A stretch of 32,000 nt of DNA from Gammaproteobacteria bacterium. Lineage in GTDB: Bacteria > Pseudomonadota > Gammaproteobacteria > JBIOEC01. The translations under genes were made by a program, and so were the position numbers. The stretch lies in assembly GCA_965279305.1 (NCBI GenBank), contig OZ257143.1, forward strand, positions 600,001 through 632,000, in the 5' to 3' direction. The notes beneath the pieces are model-generated. The model saw only the letters and a program-made list of their open reading frames with translations. It had not been told where the DNA came from and ran no database searches. Of the stretch, positions 18,629 through 28,783 are shown piece after piece; the stretch's first letter is position 1, and each line of letters begins with the position of its first letter.

Positions 18629-19785
18629 ACGCTTAACACCACCGCACTATCGGGTTCCCAGCTAACATATACTTTGTCATTCCAGGTGATTTCTAATTTG
18701 TTTTTGCGATCCATATTGTAAATATTGGCGAGAATAATTTTTCCGCTAGGAAGTGCAATATGATAAATAGAATGGCTTCCCATATACGCGATATCTCGAA
18801 CGAAACCTTTCACACTGTTTTGATATTTATTATTGGAAATATCTTTGGGTGCTTTCTTAGATAAAAACATTTTTTCAGGACGAACTCCTACCCACACTTC
18901 CATTCCTAAATCATAAGAAACGCCGTGATTAACATAAATAGGATTTTCCAAATCAGGAGATTTAATTAAAACATATTCGGCTTCATCTTCAATAATCACG
19001 CCTTTAAATAAATTAATCGATCCAATAAAATCGGCAGTGAATAAAGTAGTGGGTGTTTCGTATACTTCTTTGGGAGCGCCGATTTGTAAAATGCGTCCTT
19101 TATCCATTACACCAATACGTCCTGTCATGGTCATCGCTTCTTCTTGATCATGCGTTACCATTAAACAGGTTACACCTACGCTTTCAATAATATTAGCAAT
19201 CTCTAATTGCATTTGTTCACGCAATTGTTTATCTAATGCTCCCATGGGTTCATCAAGCAATAATAGTTTCGGTTGTTTTGCTAAACTTCTGGCGAGTGCC
19301 ACACGCTGACGTTGTCCGCCTGATAATTGATGAGGTTTTCGTTTGGCATAGGCATCCATTTGAACCATCTGTAACATTTTTTCTACGCGTTCTTTAATCA
19401 ATGCTTTTGGCATTTTGTCTTGCTTAAGTCCGAACGCAATATTTTGTTCAACAGTCATATGAGGAAACAATGCATAAGATTGGAACATCATATTCACTGG
19501 ACGTAAATAAGGAGGAACATGGGTCATATCAACGCCATCAATAAAGAATTGACCGCGTGTAGGCTCTTCAAAGCCCGCTAACATATGTAATAGCGTGGAT
19601 TTTCCGCTACCAGAGCTGCCTAATAGCCCAAATATTTCACCTTTTTTGATGTCTAAGCTAACGTTATCGACCGCTACAAACCGATCAAAGGCCTTGGTTA
19701 GTCCTTTTATTTGTATATAAGCGTCATTTTTCTCTTTAGAAAGCGCATCTTGAGGCGGTTGAACATTTAAAAAAGGATCTGTCAT
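18625..19785 (-). CDS. potG: polyamine ABC transporter ATP-binding protein PotG/PotA
   Basis: 386 aa with Walker A GSSGSGKST, ABC signature LSGGQRQRVALAR, Walker B LLLLDEP and a C-terminal TOBE-like regulatory domain. Confidence 0.92.
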   Translation of the reverse strand: MTDPFLNVQPPQDALSKEKNDAYIQIKGLTKAFDRFVAVDNVSLDIKKGEIFGLLGSSGSGKSTLLHMLAGFEEPTRGQFFIDGVDMTHVPPYLRPVNMMFQSYALFPHMTVEQNIAFGLKQDKMPKALIKERVEKMLQMVQMDAYAKRKPHQLSGGQRQRVALARSLAKQPKLLLLDEPMGALDKQLREQMQLEIANIIESVGVTCLMVTHDQEEAMTMTGRIGVMDKGRILQIGAPKEVYETPTTLFTADFIGSINLFKGVIIEDEAEYVLIKSPDLENPIYVNHGVSYDLGMEVWVGVRPEKMFLSKKAPKDISNNKYQNSVKGFVRDIAYMGSHSIYHIALPSGKIILANIYNMDRKNKLEITWNDKVYVSWEPDSAVVLSV

Positions 19786-20066
19786 GGTTTGTTTTACGCA
19801 TTAAATAGAACTTAGCGCAAATGCTACCACTTCTTAGCTATAAAGCAAGCTTTTGATTAGGGTGATCTTAACGTGTGAGGAAATGGAATATTCTGTTAGT
19901 AAATGGTAGTATTAATTAAAAATACTAAACCTTCAGAGCAGGCCCAAGTAGAGCCAATAAGAACCAATAGCTTAAAAACGCTTTCTCTGCATTTGGCCGC
20001 AAAATTTGATATTTTGTTGGCTATTTCGACGCATTTGGAAGCAATGTAGGTTAATGGGTTCATAAA

Positions 20067-20234
20067 TTAATAACTTACCAACATCTTTAACAATGCAATG
20101 CTTACCAACGTCACCAGCGCAGCATTAACCACAAAATCGAATTTTTGACGATTTTCAAGGTATTTAGCAGCAAGATTGGCGCAAATGGCAGCAGCTTGCG
20201 GTTTTTTGTTAAAATCACGATGAGCAGCGCTCAT
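20067..20234 (-). CDS. small hypothetical membrane protein (55 aa, C-terminal TM helix)
   Basis: Below the ORF-track cut-off. Hand translation gives MSAAHRDFNKKPQAAAICANLAAKYLENRQKFDFVVNAALVTLVSIALLKMLVSY*. An AGGAG Shine-Dalgarno lies 10 nt upstream of the ATG. The ORF sits in an otherwise empty 666-bp intergenic region. Confidence 0.4.
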   Translation of the reverse strand: MSAAHRDFNKKPQAAAICANLAAKYLENRQKFDFVVNAALVTLVSIALLKMLVSY

Positions 20235-20451
20235 GTTGATAAAACTCCTAATAATTTTTTGACTTACATAGAAGTCTAGCTCTCTTATGCTCCAAATGAG
20301 AACTAAATTGAGGGTAAAGACCTACTATTAGCGCTGTTAGACCTACGGAGCTTATGGGTGGATATGGGTCACCGCTTTATGCAGAATTCTTTGATGAATT
20401 ATTGCCTTTCCAGTGTTAGAATCGATTTCCTTACTTATTTAAGCATACTTT

Positions 20452-21564
20452 ATGATCCTGTCTCGCCTGCGTATTCAAACTCTACGTAATCTAACAGAGC
20501 TGGAAATAGAACCCTGCTCTCAACTGAATTGTTTAATGGGCGTTAATGGCAGCGGCAAAACCAGCATATTAGAAGCTATTCATCTATTAGGTTTAGGGCG
20601 TTCGTTTCGCTCTTCTCAATTAAATCGTGTTATTCAGCATGGCACTAAAGAATTGCTCATTTTTGCAGAGTTAAAAGAGCCTGCCGCACAAGCCTCTTCT
20701 GCCAAAATTGGTTTTTCAAAAGATCTACAGGGAAAAACGCGAATAAAGCATAACGGCGATCCTTTGCATTCTTTGGCGGAGTTAGCAGAGCTATTGCCCG
20801 TTCTTTTGTTATATACAGAGTCTTATACTTTATTCCGCGATTCCCCTGGAGCTAGACGTAAATGGTTAGATTGGGGTATGTTCCACGTGGAACCTCGTTT
20901 TTTCCCCTTATGGAAGAAGTTGCATCGAGTAATACAGCAAAGAAACATCTTATTGAAGCAAGGCGCTTCGGATCTAGATATAAAAGTGTGGGATCAGCAA
21001 TTAATTGAGTGGGCTGAAGCCATACATCTATTGCGCACCGAGTTTGTAGCCAAATGGCAGCTGGCCATGTCCCCTATTTTACGTTCTTTGTTTGATAGAG
21101 AGGATTTGCTGTTATCTTATTCTCCAGGATGGGACTTAGAGTTAGGTTTAGCTGCTCATTTGGCGCGATCACTGAGCAGAGACCGTATGATGGGGCATAC
21201 CACGCGGGGACCTCATCGTGCCGATATTCAAATTTACATTAATGGCATCCCTGCGCAGCATACACTCTCTTTAGGACAGCAAAAACTGCTGGTGAGCGGT
21301 ATTGTTCTCTCTCAAGCCGTTGCTGTACAGCAGCTTGCAGGCAAATCTCCGTTATTGCTGATTGATGATCTGCCTGCTGAGCTAGATGAGGCGGCTAGAG
21401 AGCGAATTGCCGCGATTATTCATACTCTAGATGCGCAAATCTTTCTTACAGGCATCGATCGCCACACCCTAGACCCCTTTATCTCCCATCCCGCGTCCAA
21501 AATGTTCCACGTAGAACATGGCTCCCTCTCTCCAATTCCTCCCTCCACCCCTATAGAAGCGTGA
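20452..21564 (+). CDS. recF: DNA replication and repair protein RecF
   Basis: 370 aa with Walker A GVNGSGKTSILEA, the SMC-like signature LSLGQQKLL and Walker B LLLIDDLPAELD. Confidence 0.95.
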   Translation: MILSRLRIQTLRNLTELEIEPCSQLNCLMGVNGSGKTSILEAIHLLGLGRSFRSSQLNRVIQHGTKELLIFAELKEPAAQASSAKIGFSKDLQGKTRIKHNGDPLHSLAELAELLPVLLLYTESYTLFRDSPGARRKWLDWGMFHVEPRFFPLWKKLHRVIQQRNILLKQGASDLDIKVWDQQLIEWAEAIHLLRTEFVAKWQLAMSPILRSLFDREDLLLSYSPGWDLELGLAAHLARSLSRDRMMGHTTRGPHRADIQIYINGIPAQHTLSLGQQKLLVSGIVLSQAVAVQQLAGKSPLLLIDDLPAELDEAARERIAAIIHTLDAQIFLTGIDRHTLDPFISHPASKMFHVEHGSLSPIPPSTPIEA

Positions 21565-21611
21565 ATTTTTGATATTGAATCCCCCTCACCCGACCACGCA
21601 TAGCGTGGCCG

Positions 21612-21645
21612 ACCTCTCCCTCAAGGGAGAGGTGATTTTATATTT
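21612..21645 (+). terminator. candidate intrinsic terminator after recF
   Basis: A perfect 9-bp stem, acctctccc (21612-20) / gggagaggt (21625-33), has loop tcaa and is followed by gattttatatttt. A second hairpin, ccacgc-ata-gcgtgg (21594-21608), precedes it. Confidence 0.5.
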
Positions 21646-21657
21646 TATCTTGGGTGA

Positions 21658-21769
21658 GGCATGATGCATGGGGATGTCTCTGCCCAGCATCTGAGCCAGG
21701 GATGGCGAAGCTGAGTCTACATGGATGTACTTGCGACGTCTGGGCAGAGACATCCCCATGCATCATGCC
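21658..21769 (+). repeat. 112-bp palindromic element (30-bp arm / 52-nt core / 30-bp arm), copy B
   Basis: 21658-21687 (ggcatgatgcatggggatgtctctgcccag) is the perfect reverse complement of 21740-21769. The core at 21688-21739 matches the reverse-complemented core of copy A at 46 of 52 positions. Confidence 0.8.
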
Positions 21770-21873
21770 ACAGGAAAAGAACGCGTCTTGGCGGGCCGAA
21801 TACCCACCGCTTACTTCCCCAAAAGAGCCGCATTACAAACGCTATTATTACATCGCTAAACATGGTAAAATAA

Positions 21874-24357
<2,484 letters not shown>

Positions 24358-24435
24358 TCCCTCCTTTTCCCTTTTTAAGAAAAAACTGTATTAAATTATA
24401 GTGTTTTTTGCTGACCTATTTCCAAATTGACCCAT

Positions 24436-24460
24436 TTATTAGTCATTTAATGACTAATAA
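24436..24460. promoter_or_regulatory. 25-bp perfect palindrome, candidate operator
   Basis: ttattagtcat-t-taatgactaataa has 12-bp perfect arms around one central nucleotide. It lies just upstream of the candidate -35 of the 528-aa orphan gene. Confidence 0.4.
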
Positions 24461-24473
24461 GTGAAAAATAAAG

Positions 24474-24502
24474 TAGCCAGATTTCTAAATGTGTATTATA
24501 AT
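24474..24502 (+). promoter_or_regulatory. candidate sigma70 promoter for the 528-aa orphan gene
   Basis: TAGCCA (24474-79), N17, then TATAAT (24497-24502), about 80 nt upstream of the ATG at 24581. Pattern match only. Confidence 0.3.
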
Positions 24503-24580
24503 AAGTTATGTAGCTCATCCAATCCCTGAAAAGGGAGATGGAGAGCTCATTTACTATTTTAGAGGTATTAGAGAAAAGAA

Positions 24581-26167
24581 ATGGTTAGATATTTAGACGT
24601 TATATCAAATAAGTACGCAGGCGAATTTACGTACGTGCGTGATCATGAAAGAGATATTCTTGATTCCAATCGTTTAAGCGGGAATGCTCTGCGTGAAGAA
24701 ATAACTCGCTATTATAACAGCGATGTATCTCGTGCTTTTGCCGAAATTGAAGTAGGCGATTTTCCTTCTGAGATGACAGAAGCTGATGGAACAGTATTGT
24801 TAGATAATTTATATCTCAAAGAAACAGACTCTAAAACCGCAGAACACAATTTAGAAATCTGGTGGAATAAACGGGTAAAAGATTTCTTTGAAGATTTGAA
24901 CCGTATTGATGAAAAGACAAATACGACATATGCGGAACAAATATTTTCAAAAGTTCAATTGGGAAATGAACGTTTTCAAGACTACGCAGTAGGATTGCCC
25001 ATCTATCTTGCCAATACTTATCTTCAAAGAGCAACCATGAAAGCTCTTACTTTTGCTTCTGCTGAAATGCAAAGAACGGGCGGCAGCTGGCTAGGTAATG
25101 TATTAAGTTCGAAAACCCAAGATATAGTAAATAACCTTCTTGCTGAAAGAAAAGCAGATTTTGATTTGCGTACTCAAGAAAGACTGGAAGATTTTGCCAA
25201 TGCACTTAGTGATATAAGTACATTCTCTGAAGATGAGATAGCAGATGCTGTTATTCTTTCTGAAGATGACATCGCTGGCGCTTTAGACGGCGAACTGCAA
25301 AGAGCAGAAAAAGGCGAGCATACGCTAGCTACCCCTGATCAGCACCCTACTTCTTTACCGCGTGAAAAGGGGGCGTTGAAAAAATTGGATCAGTGGATCT
25401 TTGGTCACAAAACAGATAAAGCTGCATCAGAAAAATTAGCTCATGAGATTATCAATTATCTTTATACAGAAGATGACGCAGGCAAATTTAATATACACAA
25501 ATTAATGGATGAATTGATTGATACCAAAGGAAATTCTGCTGAATATAATCGTTACCAGCAAAAATGTGTGGCACAAGTATTTAATTATGTATTTGATATG
25601 ATTAGAGGTCATTCTGCTTCTCCGGAGAATCAAAAATACAGAAATAAATTATTGGAAAAAGAAAATAAAGCCCAAGCTAATATTAGTAAGCGCGAAGGTA
25701 TTTCCTTAGTTACCGCCGTAAGACGATTTAACGCACGTTTACAAAGAGTTAAACCGGCTGATCTTAAAGAAACCTTTTTTGAAGACTCTTTGAGCAAAGC
25801 GGGTGCTTTGTATGGAAATGAAGGTCGCCGTGTATCAAGTGCCGAAAAAAATACATTAAGAGATGAATTAGTAGATAACGTTAATGATATCACTAACAAA
25901 TTAGATAACGCTTCTTTAGGATTCCGTGATACGCTAAAAACATTTATAAAAGACATGGTTGAATGGGTTGCTAAGAAATTCACTCGTAGTGCCGATGCTG
26001 TATATGATAGTACCGGTGCGTTGAGTAGTAGTTCGGCAAGCACTCAAAGTTCTCGATTTGTAGGAAGAACTACGCAAGAATTCCATAAAGATGTAGAGAA
26101 GTTTGTTCCTACTAAAAAAGAACTTTTAACTCCGCCGCCATCCCATGGCGCAGCCCCTAGCGCTTAA
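24581..26167 (+). CDS. hypothetical protein (orphan; candidate secreted effector)
   Basis: 528-aa hydrophilic ORF with no signal peptide, no TM segment and no recognised domain. It has an acidic 11-aa tandem repeat, SEDEIADAVIL/SEDDIAGALDG. The C-terminal tail is Ser/Pro/Ala-rich (...SSSSASTQSS...ELLTPPPSHGAAPSA). Confidence 0.75.
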   Translation: MVRYLDVISNKYAGEFTYVRDHERDILDSNRLSGNALREEITRYYNSDVSRAFAEIEVGDFPSEMTEADGTVLLDNLYLKETDSKTAEHNLEIWWNKRVKDFFEDLNRIDEKTNTTYAEQIFSKVQLGNERFQDYAVGLPIYLANTYLQRATMKALTFASAEMQRTGGSWLGNVLSSKTQDIVNNLLAERKADFDLRTQERLEDFANALSDISTFSEDEIADAVILSEDDIAGALDGELQRAEKGEHTLATPDQHPTSLPREKGALKKLDQWIFGHKTDKAASEKLAHEIINYLYTEDDAGKFNIHKLMDELIDTKGNSAEYNRYQQKCVAQVFNYVFDMIRGHSASPENQKYRNKLLEKENKAQANISKREGISLVTAVRRFNARLQRVKPADLKETFFEDSLSKAGALYGNEGRRVSSAEKNTLRDELVDNVNDITNKLDNASLGFRDTLKTFIKDMVEWVAKKFTRSADAVYDSTGALSSSSASTQSSRFVGRTTQEFHKDVEKFVPTKKELLTPPPSHGAAPSA

Positions 26168-26711
26168 GCCCATCATTGGCAAGCACATGATCCACTAAGG
26201 TCGCCAGATCAGGAAACACAGGAACATTTTTTAATTCCTGTGTATGCTGGTCGAGAGTTTTATTACCTTTCCCTGTTAACACCAACGCGGTTTTTGCACC
26301 CACTGCAAGCCCGGCTTCTATGTCTCTCCACGCATCTCCAACCAGTAAACTTTGAGTGAGATCGGCATTAAGTTCTTTCGCAATTTCTAATAACATGCCA
26401 GGTTTAGGTTTGCGGCAATCACATCCTTCATCGGGTTTATGAGGGCAAAAAACTAAACAAGTAATATGTCCACCCGCTTCTTCAATCGCATCAATCATTT
26501 TTTTATGAATAGCGCCTAAGGTTTTTATAGAAAAATAGCCTCGCCCTACTCCTGATTGATTGCTAGCAATCGTCACGGTGTAACCCGCTTTACATAAGCG
26601 AGCTATGGCTTCTATGCTGCCGGGAATGGGGATCCATTCTTCAGGGGATTTAATAAACTCATCGGAGTCAAAATTAATAACACCGTCTCTGTCTAAAATA
26701 ATTAGTTTCAT
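26157..26711 (-). CDS. gmhB: D-glycero-beta-D-manno-heptose 1,7-bisphosphate 7-phosphatase GmhB (HAD family)
   Basis: HAD motif I is ILDRDGVIN and the GmhB zinc-loop is CPHKPDEGCDCRKPKPGM. I place the start at ATG 26711 (MKLIILDRDG...). The track ORF adds 6 codons. Its 3' end overlaps the convergent 528-aa ORF by 11 bp. Confidence 0.87.
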   Translation of the reverse strand: MKLIILDRDGVINFDSDEFIKSPEEWIPIPGSIEAIARLCKAGYTVTIASNQSGVGRGYFSIKTLGAIHKKMIDAIEEAGGHITCLVFCPHKPDEGCDCRKPKPGMLLEIAKELNADLTQSLLVGDAWRDIEAGLAVGAKTALVLTGKGNKTLDQHTQELKNVPVFPDLATLVDHVLANDGLKR

Positions 26712-26750
26712 ACACTTTCCTAAACACATCCTAAAGATAATAAAAAGGGG

Positions 26751-26775
26751 CTTGCGCCCCTTTTTGTTTTTCTTG
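26751..26775 (-). terminator. intrinsic (bidirectional-looking) terminator after the BON-domain gene
   Basis: aaaaa-ggggc-ttgc-gcccc-ttttt is a GC stem flanked by an A5 run and a T5 run. It lies 10 nt downstream of the stop at 26785. Confidence 0.65.
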
Positions 26776-26784
26776 GAAAAAGAT

Positions 26785-27465
26785 TTACATGACTTGTATA
26801 TCGGTTTTCACATCGTTAACACCTTCAACGGTGCTGACTATTTCCATAACGCGAGATTTCGCTTCGCTGCTATGTACTTGACCCACAATATAAACCACAC
26901 CGTTGTTGGTTTCTACATGAAGGTTCCATGCATTAAAATCACCGCTATTAAAGTATTGAGCTTTTAGTAAAGCCGTTTTTACTTTATAAGTGGTGAATGC
27001 ATCAGCGCTGTAATTGCTGCTAGGAGTTACGGTCAAATTCTTAGCATCTACTCCAGTAACACCATTGCTTCCAGCGGCGATATCAAGAGCACGTTCATAT
27101 TGAGTATTAGAATCTAGGTTTCCCGATAACGTTACGGTATTGTTATTGGTAGATACGTCTATTTTGAAAGGTCCTAACAAAGGATCCACGGCAAATTTTG
27201 CTACAATAGTGGTGGTGATCGTTGCATCGTTCACTTTATCACCAATATGTTGTAACTTTTGTTTAACTGTTTCAGCGGTGGTAGGCTGCGTAGTATTGCT
27301 CGTCGTGGTCATATCTTGCGATGTGGTCGACATGCTTTGAGAGTCAGCCATTGGTGCGGCATCTGTTGTCGTTTGCACAACAGCTTCAGTTGCAAATGCT
27401 GCTGTAGATAAAGCTGTACCAATAATGAGTAAGGAAACTGGGGCACGAGCCGCTAAATTTTTCAT
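26785..27465 (-). CDS. periplasmic BON-domain protein (OsmY-like)
   Basis: 226 aa with signal peptide MKNLAARAPVSLLIIGTALSTAAFA. A Thr/Ser-rich low-complexity linker is followed by two BON-like repeats (...IDVSTNNNTVTLSGNLDS... and ...LHVETNNGVVYIVGQVHS...). Confidence 0.82.
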   Translation of the reverse strand: MKNLAARAPVSLLIIGTALSTAAFATEAVVQTTTDAAPMADSQSMSTTSQDMTTTSNTTQPTTAETVKQKLQHIGDKVNDATITTTIVAKFAVDPLLGPFKIDVSTNNNTVTLSGNLDSNTQYERALDIAAGSNGVTGVDAKNLTVTPSSNYSADAFTTYKVKTALLKAQYFNSGDFNAWNLHVETNNGVVYIVGQVHSSEAKSRVMEIVSTVEGVNDVKTDIQVM

Positions 27466-27595
27466 GAAAACTCTCCTGTTAATGTTGGTAAATCCATTTT
27501 ACTTTCGTATAGAATATCGCATAGGATAAATGTACTCTTGTAATCTATAGTAAAATTTGTTTTTTGTCAAAAAAACCGTAAAAAGAGAGGGAATT

Positions 27596-28783
27596 TTGAG
27601 TAAAACATCTAATAATCGCTACATATTGCTATTAACAATTATTTTAATTACGTTATGGCACGGTAATATTGATATTTATATCACGGCAGTTCCTTCCATG
27701 ATGACAGCGTTGGCAACTGATAGCGCACATCTCAAATTATCTATCACTTTTACGGTATTGGGTTTTGGTGTTTCTCAACTCATTTATGGTCCATTATCTG
27801 ATCATTATGGAAGACGCCATATTACTTTAATTGGTCTTGTTATTTTTATTATAGGCAGCGCACTTTGTGCCAGCGCTGATCAAGTGGAATGGTTGCTCGC
27901 CGGGCGATTAATTCAAGGACTAGGTATTGGTTGTGCCGGTGCTATTGCTACCGCGGTACCTAGAGATATTTTTTCTGGAAAAGAACTTAATCGAGCATTT
28001 GCTTATATCTCAACTTCCATCGCTTTAACACCAGCTGTTGCTCCTTTATTAGGAAGTTATTTACAGGCATGGTTTGGGTGGCGTTCTACTTTTCTTTTTC
28101 TACTTATTTATGGCGTAGTAGTTTGTGTTTTATTTTATTTATATTTCCCCGAAACGAATAAGCATCGTAAACAGCAATCTCTTAATTTAAAAAACACTAT
28201 CAACAATTATATAAAGGTATTAAGCGATCGTCCTTATATGGGATATTTATTTTGCATTATCTTTTTATATACGGGAGAGCTCGCTTATATTTTACAAATG
28301 CCCTTAGTGCTGCAACATGAATTTGGATTAACTCCCGTACAAAATGGATGGACCATTATTATGACCGCTTGTGCAATGGGATTAGGTGCTTTTTCTTCTT
28401 CCTATTTGGTGAAACAACATTCTATTTCTACTTTGATTTTTCTGGGTATTTCAGTGATTACCGTGAGTGCTTTATTGATGCTTGTTTTCCCTTTGCTCTC
28501 TATTTACAACGCGTATTCTTTTGTTGGGCTGATGATGATTTATATGTTTGGATCAGGTCTTACTTTTAATAATTGTATCGCTGGATGTATGGATCGTTTC
28601 CCCCAGCAAGCAGGATTAGCGGGTGCATTATTAAGTGGTTTATTGATGTTATGTACGGGATTATTAACCTTAATTGTAGTGAAAATGTCTTATTCAAATC
28701 CTTATGTGATCCCTCTTTTTATATTAGCGTGCAGTGCAGGATTATTTGCGGCATTTTTAGGAATGGCCAGACGCGATTCTTAA
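27596..28783 (+). CDS. MFS transporter, Bcr/CflA-type drug resistance family
   Basis: About 12 TM segments and the MFS motif-A-like GPLSDHYGRRHITLIG. I favour the TTG start at 27596 (LSKTSNN...), which has a GAGAGGGA Shine-Dalgarno 5 nt upstream. The track ORF begins at 27557. Confidence 0.82.
   Translation: MSKTSNNRYILLLTIILITLWHGNIDIYITAVPSMMTALATDSAHLKLSITFTVLGFGVSQLIYGPLSDHYGRRHITLIGLVIFIIGSALCASADQVEWLLAGRLIQGLGIGCAGAIATAVPRDIFSGKELNRAFAYISTSIALTPAVAPLLGSYLQAWFGWRSTFLFLLIYGVVVCVLFYLYFPETNKHRKQQSLNLKNTINNYIKVLSDRPYMGYLFCIIFLYTGELAYILQMPLVLQHEFGLTPVQNGWTIIMTACAMGLGAFSSSYLVKQHSISTLIFLGISVITVSALLMLVFPLLSIYNAYSFVGLMMIYMFGSGLTFNNCIAGCMDRFPQQAGLAGALLSGLLMLCTGLLTLIVVKMSYSNPYVIPLFILACSAGLFAAFLGMARRDS

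Noticed and set aside
24436-24460. The 25-bp palindrome as a Fur box or as the gyrB terminator
   Set aside because: It does not align convincingly with the GATAATGATAATCATTATC Fur consensus. As an RNA hairpin it is almost all A-U with no following U-tract, so it would be a weak intrinsic terminator.
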